A stretch of 64,000 nt of DNA from the human T2T-CHM13v2.0 reference genome, Homo sapiens, in assembly GCF_009914755.1 (NCBI RefSeq), contig NC_060926.1, one strand, 5' to 3'. Shown piece by piece: positions 33,103-48,977 of the stretch. Each line of letters starts with the position of its first letter. Positions within the stretch are counted from its first letter, which is position 1. The translations under genes and the position numbers were made by a program. Under the pieces are notes generated by a model. That model searched no databases. It saw nothing but the letters and a program-made list of their open reading frames with translations, and had not been told where the DNA came from.

Positions 33103-33924
33103 GTTATAAAATTGCCTTCATGTTTTTGTTCTTTTTAGTTGCAACATAATGTACTTGTATACCCTATCCTAATTATGGGATCATTTGAAGAGCTTTTCCC
33201 AAATTGATGGCCTGTGCTGCCTTCTCCCCATCCCCTGGGGTTTTAAAGTGATTTCAAACTGCAACCTAGTTTTAGAACCACTGTTCTGGGTAGTTGGGAT
33301 ACTGAAGGCATATTGTTAATTATTCTACTTGTATGTTTTGCTAATTCTAAGATAAGCATTTTTCCAGAAACCAGGATGTAGAATCCAGTTGCCATTGACA
33401 TCTTAACATTTTAGGAAACAACTTTAAAATGATATACTATCTATCTATCTATCTGTAGCATCTTAAAGGTAATGAAATTAATGTGGCAGTAGGTCTTTTA
33501 AGCTTCTGCCTACATCCATATTGAGTATAGTTGTTGTCTTCTAAAATAATTAATTGATTTTTGGTGAGATAACCAGATTCATATTTTAAGCCTTTTGTAA
33601 TGGCCCCGTGGTACCTGGAGTCAAGGTTCAGAAGTAAAAAGTTCCTTAAGGTATCAATAACAAAAATTTGTATTAATAGTTCAGTCCTAAAGCAGTGTTG
33701 CTGAGATTATGTTTCACCAGCATTTACAAGCTGTATGTTAAATGCTGCCATAAAGAGGTCTCTGAAGCCGTAGGGCACACCCAAGGCAGGGCTGAGAAGT
33801 ACCTAGTAGTGTTGCACCACCCAAAAACCATGGATGGGCAGCAGCAACATCTCCAGCTTACCCATTCACTGCCACAGTCTACAGCTTAAGACACTTAACT
33901 ACAAGGTAAAAGAAAAGGACCAAG

Positions 33925-34517
33925 TAAATACAAAAAGTTTCTTATTAAAAAACTTGGAAGCCAACATTGAAAGCATGGTTTGTACACAACAACATTTTTG
34001 GAAGGACATATAAAGTGAATACAACCAAATATATTAAAATGGTTTCAATTACCAGCATTGAAACAGTGCAAAAAAAAGCCAAATACAATTGCACAGATAG
34101 TGGACTCCCTTAGATCTTGAAAGTGAACTTGATTCCTGACCTCTCCCATTGTCACTCCAAGTGAAAAATGAAAGCATGGGGCTTTTCTTGCTTCTTGGTT
34201 AGTATGAGACATTGTGTTCATCTGAGAGCAAAATCAACACTAGCATCACAGCAGAAGTGCCCATTTCAGCAAATCCGGTAAAAATTGTAAGTTGGCATCA
34301 AGGGAACCAATGGATACCTTAGGGCACTGACAATTCTCAATACATAGAAATGCTTGAGGGTTGTGTCGGTTCCCCTGGCCACAGTTTGTCAGGTTGTTTA
34401 GCCAGATGCCCCATTGGTAAGGTAGACTGAAATCTCGGTTTAGGGCTGACCCCAAGAAACAGTCTGGTTCGTGCTTTGGTATGGTGGACTCCAGTGTGCA
34501 TAGCAGCTGCTGTCTTG
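33925..34517 (-). other. TBC1D8: TBC1D8 3' UTR (end approximate)
   Basis: Follows the TAG; only a variant signal (AATAAG/AAGAAA at 33938-33946 on -) with U-rich downstream sequence. Confidence 0.55.
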
Positions 34518-34970
34518 CTACAAGTTACTCAGCTTAAGTTCAGATTGTGATTGGTGGCTCATTTCAAAAGTTTTGAGATTGTACTGATTGATCTTGGCAT
34601 TTTCAAGTTTGGATTTCATGTCCAGTGGCTTTTCAAAAAAGTTGACTAATGACTGTTCAGTCAGAAGTGAAGCTAAAATATGTTCAAGGGAGACAGTCCA
34701 GTCCCTTTCTGCCGCCTCTGGAAATGCCTGGGAGTCCTGGGGCGTCTTCCCAGTGTCTGCAAAAACCGAGTCCTCAGGAGAAGGAGCTGAAGCCCGCAGC
34801 TCCTCCCCACACTCCTGGGAGCAGCTTCCAGAGCTGCTGCCTCGCTGCCCCACCTCCCCGATCTGCAGCAGCAGTGTGGTGACTGTGGCGATGGCTTGAT
34901 ACAAATCATTTTCTTCTGGATCTTCATGGAACATACTGTACAGAGTTTTACAGAACTGGATAAATTCTCT
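34518..34970 (-). CDS. TBC1D8: TBC1D8 terminal coding exon (20), REFIQFCKTLYSMFHEDPEE...ELKLSNL-stop
   Basis: tttcag|AGA acceptor; ORF to TAG at 34520-34518; TBC1D8/9 C-terminal motif EHILASLLTEQSLVNFFEK. Confidence 0.95.
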   Translation of the reverse strand, partial: REFIQFCKTLYSMFHEDPEENDLYQAIATVTTLLLQIGEVGQRGSSSGSCSQECGEELRASAPSPEDSVFADTGKTPQDSQAFPEAAERDWTVSLEHILASLLTEQSLVNFFEKPLDMKSKLENAKINQYNLKTFEMSHQSQSELKLSNL

Positions 34971-35229
34971 CTGAAATTGAAATAAGTCTTAGGTAGCAGC
35001 AGAACCAGGGTGGAAGTGTCATTTTTTTTTTTAAACATACCTGTGAGCTTTGAGAAAACGACACAGTATTTTTGAAGACACAGAATATAAGAAAAGGTAG
35101 TCTCTGCCTTTCCACTCTAAACTATTAACAGTGGTGATTCCTGGGAATTTCAGCACAGACTTGGAAATGGGTAGACCTTCCTAGAGGATGTGCACACCCT
35201 TTAACAAAGCAATTCAAGAAACCACAGCA

Positions 35230-35521
35230 GGCTGGGCACAGTGGCTCCCGCCTGTAATCCCAGCACTGTGGGAGGCCGAGGCAGGCGGATCACCTGAGGT
35301 TGGGAGTCAGACCAGCCCAATCAACATGGAGAAACCCCATCTCTACTAAAAATACAAAATTAGCCAGGCATGGTGACCCATGCCTGCAATCCCAGCTACT
35401 TGGGAGGCTGAGGCAGGAGAATCGCTTAAACCCAGGAGGCAAAGGTTGTGGTAGTCAAGATCACACCATTGCACTCCAGCCTGGGCAACAAGAGTAAAAC
35501 TTTGTCTTAAAAAAAAAAAAA
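35230..35521 (+). mobile_element. Alu; TSD GAAACCACAGCA
   Basis: Sense dimer plus A tail. Confidence 0.93.
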
Positions 35522-35808
35522 TGAAACCACAGCAACGTACAGATTTATCTGTAGGGATCTTTAAGCTAGAGTTTATAATAGGAAAATGCTGGAAACAGCT
35601 GAAACGCTATAAAGTTAGGGCATGTTCCTCTGGTGGGAAGGCCATGCAGGACCTAAATGTAAAATGAAATGGAAGAGTGATGCCTGTTGTTTTCTCAGTG
35701 TAATCTGAGACACTGCTGCTGAAATTGAGAATACGTAATGTGAGGACAGGTGCTTCAGGTGGAATCTAGCTACACAATTACTCCAAGAATAGAAAAATGG
35801 TTGGGTAT

Positions 35809-36231
<423 letters not shown>

Positions 36232-36495
36232 CTATAGAAAAAAAAAGGTTATGTGTATCAGAATGTTAATACTGATAGCTCTGAGTGATGAAGTTTAACT
36301 CATTTTGATCATATATCCAGAGAGTAGAATGAGCATCTGAGAGCAATTCCCAGCACAGTAGACGAGCAGCATTTCTCAAACATGCTACGAAACACTAATC
36401 CCACAAGATGTTTTGTGGTCAAAAGAAAAAAAAGACTGAGAAACTGCATGCTAAATTCTACTCTTGAAGGGTCGTAGTCCACAGCACCAAAATGA

Positions 36496-36809
<314 letters not shown>

Positions 36810-37299
36810 AAAAAGGAGCATTTTTAACTTTAAGCCTACATTTCCTAAACATTGGGAGGAACCATTTTCAAAATGAAACAAACCATATGGAACCTGAATA
36901 TGGCACAACCCTTTTCTGGAAGATGCTCAGAAGTTTTAGAGACTCCTCTATCAGTACTGTGTATCATGCAGCCAGTGATTTCCCAGGAAATGGAGCAAGC
37001 ACAGTATTTTTGAAGGGAAGAATGCTGTATCCACAGTGGCCCCAAATACTTCTACCTCCCAGAGGAATAAATCTGTATCACAACCTGGATAAATGAATTT
37101 TATACAAAAACTCCTCAAAGATGTGAAGTGTGTGGCAGCCTCCTGTTTTGAAGCGATTTGAATATCTGAAGTATCTTCAGTTGATCACAATTTAGTATTT
37201 CCAATTTAATCACTATGATGTTCCGCTACCTGGACTTTGCAGGTAAAGGGGCCCAAGCTTGATTCTCAGATTAATCATCTGAAAAAACAGTTAATTCTC

Positions 37300-37723
<424 letters not shown>

Positions 37724-38147
37724 CTTGAAACAAAGGAAAACAATATGTGGTTTAATTTAAATAAATTCAGTGACAGCAAAAAGGAAACTATGTAGGAGAG
37801 AGGAGCAAGGGGGTGAGGAATTCCACTAAGCAAATTCCATACAAAACTGGAAAGCAAGAGATTCCCCTGGAGAGCCAGTGGGTGGTAACTGGGGGACTTC
37901 TGCTCTAAGAGGACCCGTGAAACAGCAAACAGGAGGAAGGAACTTGGTGGTGGGGGCAAGGGGCAGCCACCCAGCAACACCCCCACTAGGAGCACTTCTG
38001 TCCTCTAAAGGCAGTGAGTTTGGGGATAATTCATTGGACGAAGGGAAAAGACAAGGCTGCTACAAGAAGAGGGATGAGGGCAACCCCGGTGCCTCCCGCC
38101 ACTGCAGTGGTATGCAGGGGAAAGCAACAATGAAAAGAGGTACGTGC

Positions 38148-38237
38148 CATTGGGTTTCCCGAAAACCAGGGGTCTCGATGTTGACAACAGAGGATTCCTC
38201 AACGGCGACTGGCTGTCTCGGTCATTTTCAGTGAGTG
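38148..38237 (-). CDS. TBC1D8: TBC1D8 exon 18, (A)LTENDRDSQSPLRNPLLSTSRPLVFGKPN, ending at a GC donor
   Basis: tttaag|CA acceptor; the frame is kept only by G|gcacgt; 90 nt. Confidence 0.88.
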
Positions 38238-38789
38238 CTTAAAAAAAGATGAGAGGTTTAAATTAAACAAATTTTCTGCCTTACCAAAACTGACAGTAAT
38301 GTAGCTTTCTAGGCAACTAAAGGCTAAGCCAGCAGCTCCCAGCCTGTGGACTGTAGTTTTTGCAGGGTCCACGAACCCAAATGCACACCAAGCACTGTCT
38401 GGATACCCAGAGAAAATAAAATGTCCCCCACACCAAGTGTGCCTTTTCCCAGAGGTATGTGGAGACTGTTGTAATTAACAACATACACATTCATAGAAGG
38501 ACACTGCTAATACTGATTTGGAAAAAATGTATGTAGTGAAATCCCATTTTGTAAAACTGAAATATATCCATGCACACATAAAGTACTCTAGAAATAAATA
38601 CACTAAATCTCTGGGTGGTGGAGTAATTGGTAATGATGTTAAACTTTTCAGGATAGTATTTCTCTACAATGAGCACATACTGCTGTACTTACACGATTTC
38701 TTTTAAAAGTTGAAGAAAAGCCTTAGTGAATTCAAAGCAGCATCTTAGTATTAGGAGTGTTCTTAAGGATGTTAAAAATAAAACTGTCA

Positions 38790-39410
38790 GAACCCTCATA
38801 TATTGACGATGGGAATATAAACTGGCTCAGCCACTTTAGTAAACAGTCTGGCAGTTTTTAAAAAAGTTAAAGTTACCATTTGACTCAGAAATCTCACTTC
38901 TACATATACACCCAAGAGAACTGAAAGTGTTCACATGCAAACTTGTACACAGATTGTTCACAGTAGTATTGTTCATAGTAGCCAAAAAAACACCCAAATG
39001 TTGAATAAATTGCTGAATAAACAAATCATGGCATACCCATGCAATGGAATATTTGGCCATTAAAAGGAATGAAGCACTGACGCATGCTACAGCATGGATG
39101 TGTCTTGAAAACATCATGCTAGGTGAGAGAAGTCGAACATGATACAGCAACTCCATTTATATCAAATGTCCAGGACAGGCAAATCTACAGAAACAGAAAG
39201 CTGCCTACGGCTGGGGAAAATGGATACACTGGTAGTGAGAGCTAAAGATATGACATTTATTTTCAGGGTGATGCAATGGTCTAAAATTGATTGTGGTGAT
39301 CGCTGCACAACTCTGAATATACAAAAAAAAAAAAACCCATTGAATTGTACGCTTTAAACGGGTGACTTGCATGGTGCGTGAAATATATCTCAATAAAGCT
39401 GCTACAAAAT
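38790..39410 (+). mobile_element. L1M (L1MB-like) 3' end
   Basis: TACCCAAGAGAACTGAA, GCAATGGAATATT and CTCAATAAAGCTG terminal motifs. Confidence 0.75.
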
Positions 39411-40564
39411 AACAATTATCGGGGATGACAGGGAAGGTTCCCCATATTTTAAAAAGTTTGGAACTTATTCGTAAACCATTTCACTGAAAATAAATCAAAG
39501 GCAAAATTCAGCTGTGATTCAACAAGCTTCCACAAGATGGCAGCAAAGCTTTGGAAAGCTACCCTTACTTTTTCCAACTTTGCCCAAAACGAATTTTGTG
39601 CAGTGGCACATGTAAGAATCCACTCAAACTGAACAGGAGGAAAATTGCAAACCGTGAATGGTACCTGGGGCAGTCAGGATGGAAATGGATTTCCCAGAAT
39701 AGTGCTGGGATGCCAAAGAACTTGGCGTACCACAAAGTAGAAATGTGTATACAAGTCACCAACAAAATGTGATGGGAGCCATAGAAAGGCAGCAATTAAT
39801 CCAGGGGGTGGGCAAGTGTCCAGAAAGGAGGCAGGTAAAGTATTAACAGTGACAAGGAGCTGAGGGGCCAAACAACTCTCAGAGCAGAGCCTCCCAACCT
39901 CTGCCGTCACAGCATATGAAGAGAACGTCACCTGGACATGGAACTCACTGAAAATACTCATTCCACGATCTATTGATGATCAGAAGGATAGGATATTATG
40001 CATTATGGGAAATAGTAACTACTAAGAATGCATACAGTCTTTAAAAATCCTTTCAATCTTTTTACATGAGATATTTGGGCTGTTTAAACATGACCTTATT
40101 TTTCATTCCTATATATATGTAGCCTGTAATTCAAGCGTCTAAATGGATTGACAGACAATTTCTATTAAAGTGTTCATTGTGTCTCACTTCAAGTACTACC
40201 CAAGTTAAAATAAGATAAAGGATTTACATTTGGTCATCTGAAACCCTCATCTCAGACTTCTGTTTGAAGGTAGTAGGTAACTTCATTGCTCCAACAGATA
40301 CCACCAGCAGGAAGGTCTCTCCTTTATAGCCTTAGGGACCTTCATTACACACTGTACATGGTTTCTATTTTCTATATCATTGTCATTGCCACTGCCATCT
40401 TCCTCACTTTCTAAATGGGATGCCTGTGGAGGCGACAAGCCAGTTCCACCATAAGTGTCTTCTCTGTAGTAGAATTCACATATGGCTTTGAACACAATCT
40501 GGCCTTCAGATGCAGTTGAGACATTACAGTAATCATCAAAATAATCCCATCTCCACCATGCTTA

Positions 40565-40795
<231 letters not shown>

Positions 40796-41674
40796 TTAGT
40801 GGTGGCTTCTTGACGATTTGGATACCAGGAATCTTTATCACTTAGTTTTCTTTTGTTGAAAAGGGTCTGAGGCAGTCTTTTAATTTCGCAAAAGTTTTTT
40901 TTTTTTCAAGGAAGTTTATATTCTATGTTTCCATATTTTTCAAAATCTTCTGTGGCATTTTAACTCAGGATCCCAATCCAAGGCCAGAATAGATCTTTCA
41001 TCTAGCCCAAGCTGCCCATCATCGAATCAAACATGTCTGGTATCATTTCTGATGTAGCTGATATCAGGACTGCTTAACTGTTAAACTGGAGCTGATATCA
41101 GGACTGCGTGTTAAACTGGAATCTAAACTACCATTTTTTGTGCCCTGTGAGATGCTGACCTTTGCAAATTTCATCAACACATCATCCCTTTTCAAAGTCA
41201 TTGTCTCCTCCAGCTAAATCTTTAGAATGACTGTTTTTTCCCTGAGGGAGGCTCTTAATCCTGGCTGGATTCATCATTTAGCCAATCTGCTTCCATTTCA
41301 CCTGGTGAGCCTTCTTCCCCTATGCCGTTTGGGCCATTCCCATTATTAGTTTGGTCCTTAGAGCAGTGTAAGCATCCCTCAGTTTCTTGGGTTCCAGCAG
41401 ATATCTTGACATATTGGCACGTTCTTAAAAGCAAGAGCGTACAGAGTTATCTTCAGTATTGTTTCTTAGCATAGCCGTAAGAAAAGCCTGACCAAAAAGT
41501 GAAGAATCAAGATAGTGGGTATAACTTGAGTGCCAAACTTCTCTCTTAGACAACCAGTAGTCACATGCTCTCTATCTTTGGTCCTACTGATGTTAATTTT
41601 AAACACCTCCCATTCCATAATGCTTGTAAGGTTTTTCTCCACAGCAAATATTCTGTGAAATCTATTATTTTATA

Positions 41675-44277
<2,603 letters not shown>

Positions 44278-44555
44278 TATATATTTATCAGTACCTACCA
44301 TCTAATCTGCAGATACCCTTGGCAAAGCAGACCATGCTGTGCAAAGATCTTGTGTATTTCCAATTGTACTACACAGGTTTGGAAAGCAGATCATTCTAAC
44401 AGATATCCATGGTACATCACTTTATCACAGGCAAGATAGGGTCAAGTGACAAAAAGGATAAGATGTTACCAAAATCTTGACAAGCTCAGGACTTTTTAAT
44501 ATTAGTTTTCATACTAATACTAACAGTGAAGCAGCTACATGCAATTCCCAATTAG

Positions 44556-44602
44556 GTCTTCAAAACGATGATCTCTTCAAAACAGATTGTCACCATCAGT
44601 GA
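44556..44602 (+). CDS. RPL31: Candidate second alternative RPL31 terminal exon, (S)LQNDDLFKTDCHHQ-stop (130 aa)
   Basis: TACTAAC branch point at 44518-44524, ccaattag|GT acceptor; reads 15 codons in frame with exon 4. Confidence 0.45.
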
Positions 44603-45694
44603 GAAACCGAACAAGAAGAGGAAAGCAAATGGCATTTTCTTCTCTACTTGGTGAAAAGTCATTATAGAGGATTCGAACGGTTCCAATGCTCGCAATTCTA
44701 CTTCAAGCATGTGCTCATTCTACATATCAACCCCTTTTTCACTGACAAATGTAATGTTGACAATCTAGGCTAATGGGACTAGATTTTGAATCCAATCAAC
44801 ACTTTTTCATATAAAGTTTTCAGAATAACAAAGCTTTCCCTCATTCATACAGATATTGCTGTACTAATCTATAATTATGTTTTAGAATTCAAATTATAAC
44901 ACTGACTAAACATCACTAATGAAACATTTGTGACCTCCTTTTTTCCGAAGTTTAATTTTTGCTTTGAATTCATATTTTATCAGTATGTGTTAATATAATG
45001 TCATGTGCTCTTTCAGTTATCAATTAAGTTCATTCAGGTTTTCAACGTTTTAAGTGCTTTTTTTTAAAAAGCCAATAATTACCCTTAACCAACTGCAAAT
45101 TGGAATTATTCAAAAGGTTTCTCCTTTTAACTCAACTTCTTGACAGAACTCATCCTTTAGACAGCAGATGTACTTGGTTATGTATAAGACCTCAGAAGGA
45201 AACTTCTATTCCTTCACAGAAAGCTGAACACAAAGACTGGAGCAGCTTCAATTTTATTAATCAACATTTTAAGGACATCCTTTAATGTGGATTCAGGCTG
45301 GCAGGCAAACATTTCAGAGAGCCTATCTGTGAATAAAATAGCATATTCCCTGAATCTCAGAGTTCGCAGAAGGAACTCATGATGTGAGGGGTCCTCATAG
45401 GTTTGCTCAGTATACAAACTTACAGAAAAACCTCCAAATTGTCTCATTTGTGTGTGTCCATTTTCAATATAACTTTCTCAGCAGTTTGTTATGTTTCTTT
45501 CCAAGGAAAATAAAGTTCTCCCAGGAAGTTCTCCTCTGAAAGTCCAATTAGTATAATTAACTAAGCAAAATGGCCAATATCCGTAGGTTTATCAATCTGC
45601 AGTGAAAACTGTTGATGTCCTAATCTTCTGGAATGCTCTTCGTCTGTGTGTTACCTGACATGGTACCAAATCATCTGTAATATTTCTGTGCTAG

Positions 45695-45735
45695 TTTCTG
45701 TGCTAAACAGTGTTACAGTCGCCAAGAGCCCATAA
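45695..45735 (+). CDS. RPL31: RPL31 alternative terminal exon, (I)SVLNSVTVAKSP-stop (128-aa isoform); UTR continues to ~46420
   Basis: tttctgtgctag|TT acceptor fits the phase-1 end of exon 4; peptide agrees with my recollection of the 128-aa isoform; AATAAA at 46401. Confidence 0.75.
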
Positions 45736-46483
45736 AGGGAGCCCTCCTGGAAGTGGATGAGGCCTTGGGTCTCGGCTCTTCATTGCTTCCTGAGCTGCAG
45801 CAGATGCCTTTACAACCAAGCTCACCGAGGACGTCTGTCTCCCATATTACCCTGGCAGAGGGCCAGGCCTGTTCTACACGGCCGGGGTTTCAACAAGGTA
45901 CTGATGTCTTCTGCCCTTGCCTCTTCGACAGGCAAGTAATAAGACTTAAGTGAAGAGAATTCTTTAGGCACACAAATTCACATTTGATGTAATCTCATTA
46001 TACTTCCTGATCTGTGATTGAAAACTTTCATTTCGTAACTAGTATGTCTGTCCCACCTTTAAAAAGTTTTTCATTATGAAAGTAAGTATTTGTTAGAATT
46101 AAGTCTATTTAAATGAAAAAAACTTAGATATGAGTCTGCATGGCCTCAGGAAAATGATGTTTTAAAATAGAGATTTTAGGTTGTCTGCACTCTAGCTTTT
46201 TTGTCGTTTTCTTAAGGCTTTTTTAACTGCATCAAAAATTCAGATACGAAACATACACTAAAAAATAATACATCATATCTTAATTTCCACTGAACTTGAT
46301 TTAAATTCAGAGTTACACAGTATGAATATCACAATCAGATATGTTCAAAAAGGTCTGAACAATTGATTTTCTGAAACCATGAAGGACTACAAATGCTTCT
46401 AATAAATCAATGTAATTAAAATGTCTTTTAGAAATAAACTTATTTGGAAACAAGTAGTAATTCATTAGAAAGTTAGATGAAGA

Positions 46484-46785
46484 GGCTGGGCGCGGTGGCT
46501 CATGCCTGTAATCCCAGCACTTTGGGGGGCTGAGGCAGGTGGATCACGAGGTCAGGAGATCGAGACCATCCTGGCTAACACAGTGAAACCCTATCTCTGC
46601 TAAAAAAAAATACAAAAAATTAGCTGGGCATGGTGGTGGGCGCCTGTAGTCCCAGCTACTCGGGAGGCTGAGGCAGGAGAATGGTGTGGAACCCGGGAGG
46701 CGGAGCTTGCAGTGAGCCGAGATTGCGCCACTGCATTCCAGCCTGGGCCACAGAGCGAAACTCCGTCTCAAAAAAAAAAAAAAAA
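46484..46785 (+). mobile_element. AluY-like; TSD AGTTAGATGAAGA
   Basis: Sense dimer plus A tail. Confidence 0.93.
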
Positions 46786-47416
46786 GACAGTTAGATGAAG
46801 AATCAAAAATCAATCTTAGATGATAATTCAAAAGCCAATTATAAATTTAAAAATATACCATGGTGAAATTCCATCTGTACTAATCTATGCAACTTTTCTA
46901 TAAATCTAAAATTATTCCAAAATAATGTTTGTTTTAAAACCAAGATAAAATAATAGAGTAAAATAAAAACAATCATGTTCTATTTAAGAATGCCAGATAT
47001 AGATAATGACAACTATGGAAAGATGATGATGATGATGATGATATGATGAAGATAAACAATTATGCATGCCTTCTATGTTAATAGAAAAACATTTGTGAAA
47101 AATAAGGATAAATTAAAACTCAATTTGTATTGGCATAAAGGGCAGAAAACTTCAGTGATGCTAAACAATTTGCATTTATGATCAGTTGACAGAGAAAGGG
47201 AAACCAAAAATAAATAAATAATAAACAATTTGCACTCAAGTCATAATAGTGCATATTGTCAATGAGAAGGTCAAGGAGGGACTGCGTGGCCAGCACAGAA
47301 TGCTCACTGGGGAGAGCGTGCCTAAGGTATAAGATGCCAGTTCAGCAATGGCTGCATCTGGGAGGTAGACCCAGAAAGCCCACAAGTAATGTCCAGGTGC
47401 ATCTTCAATGTTTGTA

Positions 47417-47700
47417 CAGTAGTCCCCCTCATCCGAAGTGTTAAACTGCATGCTGCTCTGAGTAATATTTTGAAATCTTGCACTGTTCCACTCCATCCCA
47501 GGCCAGACGTGAATCCTCCCTTTGTCCAGTATCTGCACAAGGTCTACACTACCTGCCTGTTAGTCCCTCATTAGCCATCTTGGTGATCAGATTGAAAAAA
47601 TCGAGTGTATATAGGGTTTGGTACTATCCACAGTTTCAGGCATCCACGGGGAGTTGGGGGGGTTCTTGGGACATATGCCCAGTGGATAAAGGAGAATGTG
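47417..47700. mobile_element. MER44-type (Tigger-derived) MITE with internal deletion
   Basis: TA-CAGTAGTCCCCC start; GACGTGAATCCTCCCTTTGTCCAG and GGTACTATCC..GTTTCAGGCATCCAC motifs. Confidence 0.75.
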
Positions 47701-48377
47701 TAAGTGCACTAATAGTTGTAAAAGCCACCAGGATATCATGGCTCTAGAATCCCCCTCAGTGCCTACCAGCCTCCCCAGGCACCATCCAACACCAGAACCA
47801 CAACCACAGCACTGGGGGGACAGAGCCCTCTGGGATTTCTGATTCATCTCTATTAGTTTTTAAGATCCAAGGAACACCTTTTAGGTTTCCTTGGTCTTGT
47901 TCCCGTCAATGTCAAGTCTGATCTCATAGATACCCAAATGGCTTCCTTTTCCTGGTTTCTAGTGCTGAAATTTGGAGAAAACATGGTCTGATGCACTAGA
48001 AACATGAAATGGTTCTTCAGATTCAGTAGCCTAAAATAACTATTAAGGTAATGAGGATATGGCTCTCACACACATTCCACAGGCCAGAGGTTGTGAAGGT
48101 GTCCTCAGACCCAGGGTGTTGGAAACCAGGGTGGGGGCCCAGGAACTTGGTTTAACAGGCCCTCCAGGCAACTCTGGTGCACACTCCAGTTTGGGAGGTC
48201 CTGCCAGAGCTGTGCAGCACAGAACTCCAAACCTGTGACCTGAAACCCCAAGCCAGAAACACCTGTTGCCTCAAGCATAAGTGAACTTTAAAAAGAGAAG
48301 AGCTTCAGAGTCATGCACAAAGCTGATACTGTGTTGAAGCAGAGCACAGTCTGATTTTGCTACTTGGACTTTCTTAC

Positions 48378-48443
48378 CTGGAGGGATATGAAGCCTGTAT
48401 AATAGTTTAATCTTCTCATTCATTTCTCCATTATACATAATAT
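48378..48443 (-). CDS. TBC1D8: TBC1D8 exon 17, (D)IMYNGEMNEKIKLLYRLHIPP
   Basis: ttgcag|AT, G|gtaaga; 66 nt. Confidence 0.94.
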
Positions 48444-48977
48444 CTGCAAAAAGTTTAAAAAGAGTGAGTTGATGCCAATGCTGAAAGTCCATTTGTCAGG
48501 ACACAAACTCACTGTGGAGAGAACACTGGGGAAGGTCAATACCTGCCACCCCCAACTCTCCTGCCCCAGACACACACCATGGTAGCAATGAAAGTGTTAA
48601 AGACTGGGCTGGTGACTATGTGAGCTCCACGGAACTTTGTGAATGTTGTCTGGCCTCATACCTTCCAAAACATTTTAATTTTATGGACAAAAGTTAGGAA
48701 CATGGCTCCCAACAAGCCACCACCACATCGTGGATGCCAAGGAAAGCAAGGTGAACAGCCTCGTATGTTGAGAGCGTGGGCCCCTCTCCCATCCCCCTTC
48801 AGAAAGTAGATCCTGAGAGGGGCCTGCAGAGTGATATTTCAAAATCATAAGTTCATGTCAGGCCAGTCACAAAAGTGTTACACCATGTGCATCTGCCTGC
48901 TCCGAAGATCCACTTTGTGTTCTGCTCACAGACCCACACCCCAAAGCACATCACTGCGAAATCCCACAGAGGCATAC

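Larger units (their letters stand above)
44520..46010 (-). mobile_element. Highly decayed hAT-Charlie/Buster-type transposase coding remnant
   Basis: Ordered motifs RKYNE/YIKCEF, FSLQIDKPTDI, LIHNQVHLLSKG*VLSR, NLNELN, FKAKIKL, DWIQN and MPFA..GFSLMVTI across several frames. Confidence 0.75.

Noticed and set aside
45214-45447. 77-aa minus-strand ORF as a cryptic TBC1D8 exon
   Set aside because: Better explained as a surviving piece of the hAT transposase frame; TBC1D8 exons 17 and 18 already join in frame.
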